DNA of 64,000 nt, taken from contig JAVBLX010000035.1 in the NCBI GenBank assembly GCA_031553075.1, positions 560 through 64,559 of the forward strand. The letters are read 5' to 3'. A program made the position numbers and the translations under genes. This stretch comes from Acetivibrio sp. Its GTDB lineage: Bacteria; Bacillota; Clostridia; Lachnospirales; Lachnospiraceae. Below, one piece after another: positions 1 through 8,136 of the stretch; the stretch's first letter is position 1; each line of letters begins with the position of its first letter. The notes under the pieces were generated by a model that saw nothing but the letters and a program-made list of their open reading frames with translations, was not told the DNA's origin and searched no databases.

Positions 1-762
1 GGAATTGATGGTCCAGGGATTTTTCTTTTTATTGATTTCTTTTAGCAGGTCCTGGTTGCCACAAATGGCATAGCCAAGACGAAGTCCTGGTGCGGCAAAA
101 AATTTGGAGATGCCACGGAGAATGATGATGTTGTTATAATAATTGGTCAGCGATACCGAGGTGATATCTTCCATATTGGTAGCGAACTCTACATAAGTTT
201 CATCTATCATGACGAAAATGTCACGTTCTTTGCAGATGTCCAGAATCTGACGCATTTCCTCACGGGTTATGTGGGAGGATGTGGGATTGTTGGGATTGCA
301 GATGACTAGCAGGTCGGTTGCGGAATCCATTTTTTCAAAAAGTGCGGGCAGCTCAAGGGAAAAGCCTTTGGATTCTTTTAGGGGGTAATAGTGGGAACGT
401 CCGCCACCCAGAGAGATTTCTCGTTCGTATTCGGAGTAGGTGGGGCCGATGATTAAGGCTTTTTTGGGGCTGCGTATTTGGATCAGGATGGAGATTAGCT
501 CGGTGGAGCCGTTTCCTACCAGAATGTTTTCGGTTTCGGTGTTGACATAGCTGGCGATGGCATTTCGCAGGGAGGTGTATTCTCGGTCAGGATAGGTGGT
601 TATGGCGTCGATGTGGGAGGCCAGGGTTTCCCGGAGTCTGAAAGATACACCAAGGGGATTTACGTTAGCCGAAAAGCTGGTAATGTCCTCTTTTTTGATT
701 CCGTAGATTGTTTCAATTTTTTCTAAGTCGCTTCCATGAAAATGATCTTTGTGTTTCAGCAT
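1..762 (-). CDS. PLP-dependent aminotransferase-fold enzyme (CobD threonine-phosphate decarboxylase / HisC-like); C-terminal part runs off the window
   Basis: Absent from the ORF track because no stop lies in the window. My reverse-strand translation from ATG (760-762) stays open for all 254 codons: MLKHKDHFHGSDLEKIETIYGIKKEDITSFSANVNPLGVS...LVGNGSTELI...LVICNPNNPTS...IDETYVEF...RGISKFFAAPGLRLGYAI. The N-P-x-N-P-T and S-K-x-F-x-x-P-G-x-R-x-G-Y (PLP lysine) motifs are typical of this family. Confidence 0.75.
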   Translation of the reverse strand, partial: MLKHKDHFHGSDLEKIETIYGIKKEDITSFSANVNPLGVSFRLRETLASHIDAITTYPDREYTSLRNAIASYVNTETENILVGNGSTELISILIQIRSPKKALIIGPTYSEYEREISLGGGRSHYYPLKESKGFSLELPALFEKMDSATDLLVICNPNNPTSSHITREEMRQILDICKERDIFVMIDETYVEFATNMEDITSVSLTNYYNNIIILRGISKFFAAPGLRLGYAICGNQDLLKEINKKKNPWTINS

Positions 763-1120
763 AATATTACCTAAATCCTCTCTTATAAGTGTTGAATATT
801 GTAAGCGTTATGTTTATAATTATTATAACTCTAATATAGACAGCATTGATATCGATTAACTGGTACATCGTTTTGCAAATTTAAAATGATAACATGAAGT
901 TGATTGAAATCTGTTATACAAGTTCTGATATTGGCGCATTATTTATTTCGATATCTGTTATAGAATGGAACTATCTGTAGTTGTCATTATAACGTTTTTT
1001 TTATAAATTGCCAATATTAAGAAAATACAAATATATTAAGAAATGTAAGTTTATATAAAATAAATGATTGAAATAGTAATACAAGTAAATATATAAAATA
1101 CCAAAACAGGTGGGGAACAC

Positions 1121-4100
1121 GTGAGAGAGAAGATAAAACGATTTGCTAATGAAAATTTCGAATATGAGTTACCGGAGATAATTCTATCCCAGGAAAAGAT
1201 TGAACTTTCGGTTGTTTCAGGAAGTATATTCCGGGGTACTCTTACCATTGAAAATCAGGCGGGTGTGGATATGCGTGGAGTGGTTTATTCCAATGACCGT
1301 TTTTTAAGAGTGGTGAATCCGATGTTTATTGGAGCTCATTCTTCAATTCAATATACCTTTATTGCCAAAACGATGGAGCCTGGTGAATGCTTTGCGGGAG
1401 CGCTTTACGTAGTGTCCAGTTGTGGGGAAGTGAGTATTCCGGTGACCGTATCGGTGGTAAAGCCATATTTTGAGTCATCAGTAGGAACGATAGCGGATTT
1501 ATTTCATTTTTCCAATCTGGCCCAAATAAATTGGAACGAGGCGGCAGGTTTTTTTGAAACAGAGGAGTTTGAGGCTGCATTACTAAAAAAAGAGGGTATT
1601 TGTAATGTTTATCGAAGCCTTAAAAAGAGTTATTCTTCCTCCATTGCGCTGGAAGAGTTTTTGCTTGCCATCCAAAAGAAGCTGCCTCTGGGTATCCGCT
1701 TGGAAAAGGAAAATCTTGTCTATGAGGAATGTAAGGAAAACTTTGTGGATAAGGTGGTGCTTATCAAAGATTCATGGGGATATGAAGAGTTTTCCATTGG
1801 GATAACAGGGGACTTCCTTTCCACTGAGAAAAAAGTGATTACAACAGAAGATTTTTTTGCCAGTCAGTGTGAAGTGGAATTTCTGGTGGATTATAGTCAG
1901 CTGGGAGCAGGTATTAATTTTGGCAAAATTGTGTTTACTTCGGCACTGCGGGAGATAACTGCCTGGATACAGGTGGAAATGGAACCATTACATGAGGGAA
2001 AGATACAGCGAAGAAAGAGGAAGGAAGATACGCTGTTTGCTATTCAAAATTATCTAAACCTTCGTACCAACCAAATATCTCATGATAAATATTGTCAGGA
2101 GCTGGATTTACTGTTAAAACATTCAAAAGCGTATTCATCTGATTTTGAACATCAGATGCTGGAAGCTCATTACTATATTATGGATAGACAAGCTGCGGCT
2201 GAGCCTGTTTTACAGACGTTGGAACAAAATCTGGAAACGCTCAAAAAGGACTGGATTATTGGGTATTGTGGGTATTATTATTTGAAAGCCTGTTATACCA
2301 AGAGTCCACAGGATGTGGAAGAGGCTCTTGCGAAAATCTGGGCTGTTTATGAAGAGGAGGAAAGCAACTGGCAGGTATTTTGGTTTATTCTTTACCTGGA
2401 TGAACAATATATGGACGAACCAAAGCGAAAGTGGAAAAAGTTGATGACTTTTTTGGAAGCAGGGGTGACCAGTCCGGTTTTATATTATGAAGTATGTCAT
2501 ATGGTAGGAGAGAATATCGAATGCCTGAAAACCTTGCCTGCAAATGCTCTCCGGGCATTAAACTGGGGGATTAAGATGAACTTCCTTTCCAAAGAGGCAA
2601 TGGATGTTTATTGTTTGCTGGCTTTAAAGGAAGAGGGGGCATTTAAGACCACAATTAAGAACCTGGAAGCAATATATGCTAAAAATCCAGGAAGAGACGT
2701 GCTGGCAACCATTTTGAAGATGATTATCCGGGCGCAGGATAAAAATCCTCGTTATTTTAAATGGTTTGCTCTTGGGGAAGCCGAAAAGCTAAAAATAGAA
2801 AATTTATATGAATATTATTTAGACACAGCAGGAGAGAACTTCGAAGAAAAAATTCCCTCTTCTGTTCTCATGTTCTTTTTGTATGATAATGAGCTGGGAT
2901 GGAAAAAAAAGGCTTATCTGTATGCTTATATTGTAAAAAACAAGGTCCGGGATATGGGGACTTACATAAGCTACGACAAGATGATGCGGAAGTTTACCAT
3001 GGAACAGGTTAGGGCAGGAAGGATTAATACAAATCTGGCTGTTCTATATGAGGAATATATTTCTCAGTCCAGCGTTGAAGAAGGGATTGCGATTGGGCTT
3101 TCCAAGGTTCTGTTCTGCCATGAAGTAATCTGCTGGAATCCAAAGATAACCGGAGTATATGTAAAACATAAGGAACTGGAAACGGAAAACTATGCTTCCT
3201 TTACCAATGGCAGGGCCTATGTGGACATTTCCACGGAAAATGCCGTACTTACCTTTGAGGATCGAAGAGGAAATCGTTATTTGGGGTCCATCGAATATTC
3301 TGTAAAACGGCTTTTACATATTCCTGGTCTGACCCAGGCCTGTTATCAGTACTGCAAGACAAATTCTTTGATGATTTTAAATCTGTTTGAGGGAATTGAT
3401 CATTATCAAAAGCAGGATGAAGATTCTATTTCCATACAGAGGCGATGTGTACTTATGCCTCATTTTAGTGGTTACTATAAGGGAAGATGCTACGAGCGCC
3501 TGATTGAACACTATTATAATGCGATGGAACAGGAGGCATTGGAGGAAATGCTCCGGGTTGTGGAGCTTAAGACCCTGAGTAAGAAATATCGGGGGCGGGT
3601 GTTGGAATATTCTATTATTCATGATTTGCGGGACAAGGTTAAAGCTGGGCTTATGGAATATGGCTTTGGACATATATCAGTAAAACGTCTGTTTATGTTT
3701 TGCAGTGATGAGATTAAGCAAAGTGAAGCACAGGAGAAAAATGGATTTCTTTTGGATTTGTCTTATCATGTTTTTTGTGGAGAAAAGTATGATGAACAAA
3801 TTCTGGGTTATTTGGAATGTTATTATAATGGTGATACGAAATCCATGATGAAGCTTTGGAAAAGTGTTAAAGATTTTGAGATAGAGACTTACCAGCTGGA
3901 GGAGCGAATTCTCAGTCAGGCATTGTTTGCTGAAAGCAGGGTAAGAAGAGCCTATGAAATCTTTCTCTCCTATTATGAAAAACGAGGAAACGAAAGACTG
4001 ATCCAAGCGTTTCTAAAGTATAATGCCTATAAATATTTAGTAAAGGATCGGATTTTAAAGGAAGATATTTTCCGTGTCATGCTAAAAGAGTTAAGCTATG

Positions 4101-4660
4101 AAGAGTGTACCATGAATCGGCTTGCAGTATTGAAATATTTAAGCGAAATACAAGGTCTGACCAAAGAGGAACTGGACTTCTGTGAACGCAGCATCTGGAA
4201 ATTATGGGAGCGTAATGTAGTGCTTCCATTCTTTAAAAAGTTTGAAGGAAGCATTACGTTACCACGAGAGATTACCAATTATTATTATGCTGAGTATAAA
4301 TGTAATCCAGACAAACAAGTGAAAATTCATTACTGTCTGGAAAGTGACCTGGAAGGTGGAGAGTATATTACGGAGATTATGGAAAACGTATATATGGGAA
4401 TTCACATCAAGACATTTCTTTTGTTCCAGGACGAATATCTGGTGTATTACATTTCGGAAAATGACGAAGAAAAAGCGGTTATTACACAAAGTGTAAAAGC
4501 AGAGATGGAGAATAATCCCGAAGCGGATGACAGCATGTTTGGCCTCATTAATCTTATGATTACAGCAAAAGAGATGCAGGATGAGAAAACACTGGTGGAA
4601 CTGATGGAGTATTTTGTAAAGCTAAAGTATTCCAGTGAAGTGCTGTTTGATATTTTATAG
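1121..4660 (+). CDS. 1179-aa cytoplasmic protein of unknown function: two N-terminal beta-sandwich-like modules followed by about 800 aa of helical repeats (a family I know only as a DUF, probably DUF5717-like)
   Basis: ORF track. GTG start lies 5 nt after AGGTGGGG. No signal peptide or TM segment. The N-terminal ~300 aa show alternating hydrophobic/polar strand patterns (e.g. LSVVSGSIFRGTLTIEN...EVSIPVTVSVV), and the remainder is Leu/Tyr/Lys/Glu-rich and helical. First gene of a tight 4-gene operon. Confidence 0.85.
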   Translation: MREKIKRFANENFEYELPEIILSQEKIELSVVSGSIFRGTLTIENQAGVDMRGVVYSNDRFLRVVNPMFIGAHSSIQYTFIAKTMEPGECFAGALYVVSSCGEVSIPVTVSVVKPYFESSVGTIADLFHFSNLAQINWNEAAGFFETEEFEAALLKKEGICNVYRSLKKSYSSSIALEEFLLAIQKKLPLGIRLEKENLVYEECKENFVDKVVLIKDSWGYEEFSIGITGDFLSTEKKVITTEDFFASQCEVEFLVDYSQLGAGINFGKIVFTSALREITAWIQVEMEPLHEGKIQRRKRKEDTLFAIQNYLNLRTNQISHDKYCQELDLLLKHSKAYSSDFEHQMLEAHYYIMDRQAAAEPVLQTLEQNLETLKKDWIIGYCGYYYLKACYTKSPQDVEEALAKIWAVYEEEESNWQVFWFILYLDEQYMDEPKRKWKKLMTFLEAGVTSPVLYYEVCHMVGENIECLKTLPANALRALNWGIKMNFLSKEAMDVYCLLALKEEGAFKTTIKNLEAIYAKNPGRDVLATILKMIIRAQDKNPRYFKWFALGEAEKLKIENLYEYYLDTAGENFEEKIPSSVLMFFLYDNELGWKKKAYLYAYIVKNKVRDMGTYISYDKMMRKFTMEQVRAGRINTNLAVLYEEYISQSSVEEGIAIGLSKVLFCHEVICWNPKITGVYVKHKELETENYASFTNGRAYVDISTENAVLTFEDRRGNRYLGSIEYSVKRLLHIPGLTQACYQYCKTNSLMILNLFEGIDHYQKQDEDSISIQRRCVLMPHFSGYYKGRCYERLIEHYYNAMEQEALEEMLRVVELKTLSKKYRGRVLEYSIIHDLRDKVKAGLMEYGFGHISVKRLFMFCSDEIKQSEAQEKNGFLLDLSYHVFCGEKYDEQILGYLECYYNGDTKSMMKLWKSVKDFEIETYQLEERILSQALFAESRVRRAYEIFLSYYEKRGNERLIQAFLKYNAYKYLVKDRILKEDIFRVMLKELSYEECTMNRLAVLKYLSEIQGLTKEELDFCERSIWKLWERNVVLPFFKKFEGSITLPREITNYYYAEYKCNPDKQVKIHYCLESDLEGGEYITEIMENVYMGIHIKTFLLFQDEYLVYYISENDEEKAVITQSVKAEMENNPEADDSMFGLINLMITAKEMQDEKTLVELMEYFVKLKYSSEVLFDIL

Positions 4661-4740
4661 CAGGAGTATTTGTGAGGGAAACAGGTCTTCACACTCACCT
4701 GAAGGATATGGTGCATTAAAGTGCACAGATGGGAGTTTAC

Positions 4741-6012
4741 ATGGAAGAAAACAAAAATCTGTATGTGGGATTTGATTTGTGCAATGAATATTCCCAGATC
4801 AGCTGTTTTCACCCAAAAACTGGTGAAGTCGAAACAATCGGGCTTAGGGGAGAGGAAAGCTACCACCTGATTCCAACGGTTTTAGGTGTAACAGAGATAA
4901 AAAAGGAATGGTTATTTGGAGAATATGCCCAAATGATGGCAGAACACAAGGATGGTGTTTTGGTCGATAATATTGTTGAGAAGATTATAATGGAGCAGCC
5001 CTTTGAAATCTATGGTGTATCCTTTGAACCAACGGTTATTCTGGCAAAGTTTTTTAAAAAATCACTGGTATTGCTAAAGCGATATTATCCCAATGAAACC
5101 ATTTTAAAACTGGTTGTTACGGTAGAACAGATGAATGGAACCTTGATGAAGTATATCTATAAAGCGCTTGAGCAGATTGGACTGATGAAGGATCGAGTAA
5201 CTGTGCTTCCTCATACCCAGTGTTATCTTTACTATGCCCTTAGTCAGAAACGGGAATTATGGCTTCAAGATGTGGGGATGTTTGACTATGGGAAAAGCGG
5301 ATTGGCTTTTTATCGGATCAATATCAATCGCAAAAACCACCCTATGGTAGTGGGCGTGTCGAAAAAAGATCTGAGTGACCAAATGCCATATGAGATGCTC
5401 CATTCAGGGCGTTTTGAAGAAAAGAAGCTGGCAAATCTTTTTTTTGACATTGCGGAAGGGATTTTATATAAGCAGAATATTTCTACGGTGTATATTACCG
5501 GCGAAGGATTTTATGATACCTGGGCAGATCATAAGATGCCGGAGCTTTGTGCTGGAAGAAGAGTGTTTAAGGGACCCAATATATATACAAGAGGGGCTTG
5601 CTATGGAGCCAGGATTCTTCATACCGGGGAATTTGATGAGACCTTCCTTTTCATGGGCGAAGATTGCATCGAAAGTGCCATATCAGTGCCTTTATATAAA
5701 GACGGTGTAGTGCAGAAATTCCAGCTGGCCAAAGCCGGAAGCTTATGGCATGAAGTGAATGAGACAGTGACCTTTATTTTTGACGGCGAAGAAGAAATTC
5801 CGGTTGAGGTGAAAAAGCTTACGGAAAAGGAAGGGACTACCCGGCTGATTAACCTGGAGGGCATACCCAGACGTCCCAATAAGATGGGGCGGTATGAGCT
5901 GAAGCTGACCTTTTTGGATACCAAAACCTGTTTATTTACAATTAGAGATAAAGGATTTGGAGAATATGCCTTGTCGAGCAGACGGGTATGGGAAAAGGTT
6001 ATTGAGTTGTAA
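4741..6012 (+). CDS. Hsp70/actin-fold (ASKHA) ATPase-like protein with a degenerate phosphate-1 motif and a C-terminal beta-rich domain (probably DUF5716-like)
   Basis: The N-terminus LYVGFDLCNEYSQISCF..GEVETIG....HLIPTVLG lines up by eye with DnaK IGIDLGTTNSCVAV...PS.VA. I prefer ATG 4741 (GGGAG 5 nt upstream) over the track start 4729, which lies inside the SD. Confidence 0.8.
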   Translation: MEENKNLYVGFDLCNEYSQISCFHPKTGEVETIGLRGEESYHLIPTVLGVTEIKKEWLFGEYAQMMAEHKDGVLVDNIVEKIIMEQPFEIYGVSFEPTVILAKFFKKSLVLLKRYYPNETILKLVVTVEQMNGTLMKYIYKALEQIGLMKDRVTVLPHTQCYLYYALSQKRELWLQDVGMFDYGKSGLAFYRININRKNHPMVVGVSKKDLSDQMPYEMLHSGRFEEKKLANLFFDIAEGILYKQNISTVYITGEGFYDTWADHKMPELCAGRRVFKGPNIYTRGACYGARILHTGEFDETFLFMGEDCIESAISVPLYKDGVVQKFQLAKAGSLWHEVNETVTFIFDGEEEIPVEVKKLTEKEGTTRLINLEGIPRRPNKMGRYELKLTFLDTKTCLFTIRDKGFGEYALSSRRVWEKVIEL

Positions 6013-6046
6013 GAAAATGTATAATGCGGACAGAGGAGAGCCGTTT

Positions 6047-6883
6047 ATGGGAAAGTTGATTTTATGTACAGGAAAGATAACGGAAGAGCCGTATTGCTTT
6101 CCACTCACCAATACAAAGGTTTATTCTATGGAGGAATTATGTTATTATATTTATAACAATATATATAGTATTGGCGAGGAGTTGTTTTATGAAAGTCTGG
6201 CACATTGGATTGGCAGCAACCTTGAGATGAAAGAGACTGAGGAAAAGCTGATTAAGATGATAACGGAAAAGCAGTCCAAAAAGGATTTGGTAGTAACCGT
6301 TCTTTGCAGTGGGGATTACTATGAAGAACAGGAAATCAAAGAACTGATTAAAGTTATGGATCAGCTGGAACAGATGACCGATTTCGAACGAAATAAACTT
6401 AAGGGAGATAATTTCCTTAAATTCAAGGATTATGGCAATGCCAAAAAGGTTTATGAATCCTTATTGAACAGTGAGGAAGCCAAAGCCTTATCAGACATGG
6501 AGAGAGGAAATATGCTCCATAACCTTGGGGTTGCCAAAATACATTCCTCCTCCTATGAAGATGCAGCCTCTAATTTTCGACAGGCATATGAAAAAAATCA
6601 AAATGAAAAGTCAATGTATTCCTGTCTGTTGGCATTAAAATTAGGAAAAAAGGACGAAAAATACAGAGAAATTTTAGAGCTTTTTTCGATTGGAGAAGAC
6701 ATGGCATCCCACATTGCCAATCAGTTGGAGATTGCCATGATAGAGGCAGAAGCTTTGAAGGACTATCAAAAAATCGAAAAGATAAAGGAACTGAAGGAAA
6801 ACGGTCAAGTAGAGGAATATTATATGCGTCTTAATAATACCGTGTCCAGATGGAAGGAAGAATATAAGAATGGGCTTCTTTAA
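6047..6883 (+). CDS. TPR-like helical protein, unknown function
   Basis: ORF track frame. ATG 6047 is preceded by GAGGAGAG with a 6-nt spacer. The C-terminal half (NAKKVYESLLNSEEAKALSDMERGNMLHNLGVAKIHSSSYEDAASNFRQAYEKN) has a TPR-like A/Y/L periodicity. Confidence 0.75.
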   Translation: MGKLILCTGKITEEPYCFPLTNTKVYSMEELCYYIYNNIYSIGEELFYESLAHWIGSNLEMKETEEKLIKMITEKQSKKDLVVTVLCSGDYYEEQEIKELIKVMDQLEQMTDFERNKLKGDNFLKFKDYGNAKKVYESLLNSEEAKALSDMERGNMLHNLGVAKIHSSSYEDAASNFRQAYEKNQNEKSMYSCLLALKLGKKDEKYREILELFSIGEDMASHIANQLEIAMIEAEALKDYQKIEKIKELKENGQVEEYYMRLNNTVSRWKEEYKNGLL

Positions 6884-8036
6884 TTGGTTTGGAAAAAAGA
6901 AAAGACAAAAAATCAGCTTGGAAGAGCTGGAAAACAGTGGGTTTCAAAGTGAAACCTATATAAGGCAAAGGCCGGACAAGTCGATTTCTTATGTGATTGA
7001 CCGGTGTGAGCAGATGGCCGAGTCAAAACGCCAGATTCGGGATATTAAGACAGAATATACAGCAGTTTCCCAGTACCTGGCAGATATTCAAAAAATTGAT
7101 TTAATGCCGCCAATGGAACGGGATAACTTGGAAATAGCAGCAAGAAATATTCTTACCTATACAAAAGAGCGGGAAAAGTATACCACCAAGGATGCCAAAC
7201 TGACGGATAGCCAGAGAAACAATCTGGAAAGGCATGAAGGAGATTTGGTTAGAGACTTAAAAAGGATGAAGGAAAATGAGAGCTATAGTGGCGTGGTAAA
7301 AAGCGACATGGGCTATCTGGAAGGGGAAAAACGGGCACTTTTCCATGAGCGAAAGGAAATAGTGAAAAGGCAGGCCTTCCTAAAGCAGCTTTCGGTGGGA
7401 ATGTCAGTTGTGGTAATTTCTTTGTTTGTGCTAATTGTATTGCTATTAGTTGCATTTGAAGCCAATTTGGCGATCCCTTTTATCCTTACCATCATTATGG
7501 CGGCTGGCAGTGCTACTTATATCTATCTGGAGGCTAACCGAAACCGTAAGGATATGAACCTGGCGGAGCGAAAGTTGGACAAGGCGATTGGTCTTTTAAA
7601 TAAGGTAAAGATAAAATATATTAACAACCAGAGTCTGTTTGAATATACCTGTGAAAAATATGGAGTGAACAGCTCGGATGAATTGGATTACATTTGGAAG
7701 CAGTATATTATTGTCGTGGAAAATGAAAGAAAATACCAGCAGAATACCGAACGTCTGGCAGAGAATAAAAGGCGTCTGATTGATGCGCTGGAGGATATTG
7801 GCGTGGCAGATACAGAAATTTGGACCCATCAGACGAATGCTATTCTGGAAAAAAGAGAGATGGTGGAGGTTCGTCATAATCTGAATGTAAGAAGACAAAA
7901 ATTAAGAGATAATCTGGATTATAATACAAAGGCCTATAACCAGAATCAGACGGAGATTGAGGGTTTCATCAAACAGAATCCGGAAATGCGGGATGAGGTG
8001 ATGTCAATACTCAGAAACTATCATATCGAATTGTAA
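6870..8036 (+). CDS. Membrane protein: central two-TM hairpin flanked by long coiled-coil regions, unknown function
   Basis: ORF track. The start overlaps the previous stop by 14 nt, with GGAAGGAAG upstream. Hydrophobic stretches are VGMSVVVISLFVLIVLLLVAF and IPFILTIIMAAGSATYIYL. The flanks are rich in charged heptad-like sequence. Confidence 0.8.
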   Translation: MGFFNWFGKKKRQKISLEELENSGFQSETYIRQRPDKSISYVIDRCEQMAESKRQIRDIKTEYTAVSQYLADIQKIDLMPPMERDNLEIAARNILTYTKEREKYTTKDAKLTDSQRNNLERHEGDLVRDLKRMKENESYSGVVKSDMGYLEGEKRALFHERKEIVKRQAFLKQLSVGMSVVVISLFVLIVLLLVAFEANLAIPFILTIIMAAGSATYIYLEANRNRKDMNLAERKLDKAIGLLNKVKIKYINNQSLFEYTCEKYGVNSSDELDYIWKQYIIVVENERKYQQNTERLAENKRRLIDALEDIGVADTEIWTHQTNAILEKREMVEVRHNLNVRRQKLRDNLDYNTKAYNQNQTEIEGFIKQNPEMRDEVMSILRNYHIEL

Positions 8037-8066
8037 GAAAACGACCCGATGGAATTTTAAAAAAAC

Positions 8067-8095
8067 TTGACAAGATAAGGGTTTTTAACTAATCT
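8067..8095 (+). promoter_or_regulatory. Candidate sigma-A promoter for valS
   Basis: TTGACA (8067-8072), 17-nt spacer, TAATCT (8090-8095), about 40 nt upstream of the valS ATG. Confidence 0.35.
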
Positions 8096-8136
8096 TGTAT
8101 AGAAGAGAATGAAAAGATGAAAGGCACGGTAAAAGC

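Noticed and set aside
4729-6046. Longer N-terminal extensions given by the ORF track: 4729 for the Hsp70-like gene, 5957 for the TPR-like gene, 21718 for the PBP, 22866 for rarA, and 29765, 30649, 37566, 45250, 50433, 52377, 56843, 57703, 59459 and 61858 for later genes.
   Set aside because: In each case an internal ATG/TTG/GTG with a properly spaced GGAGG-like SD coincides with the conserved N-terminus or signal peptide. The extension either overlaps the upstream gene or translates intergenic repeats.
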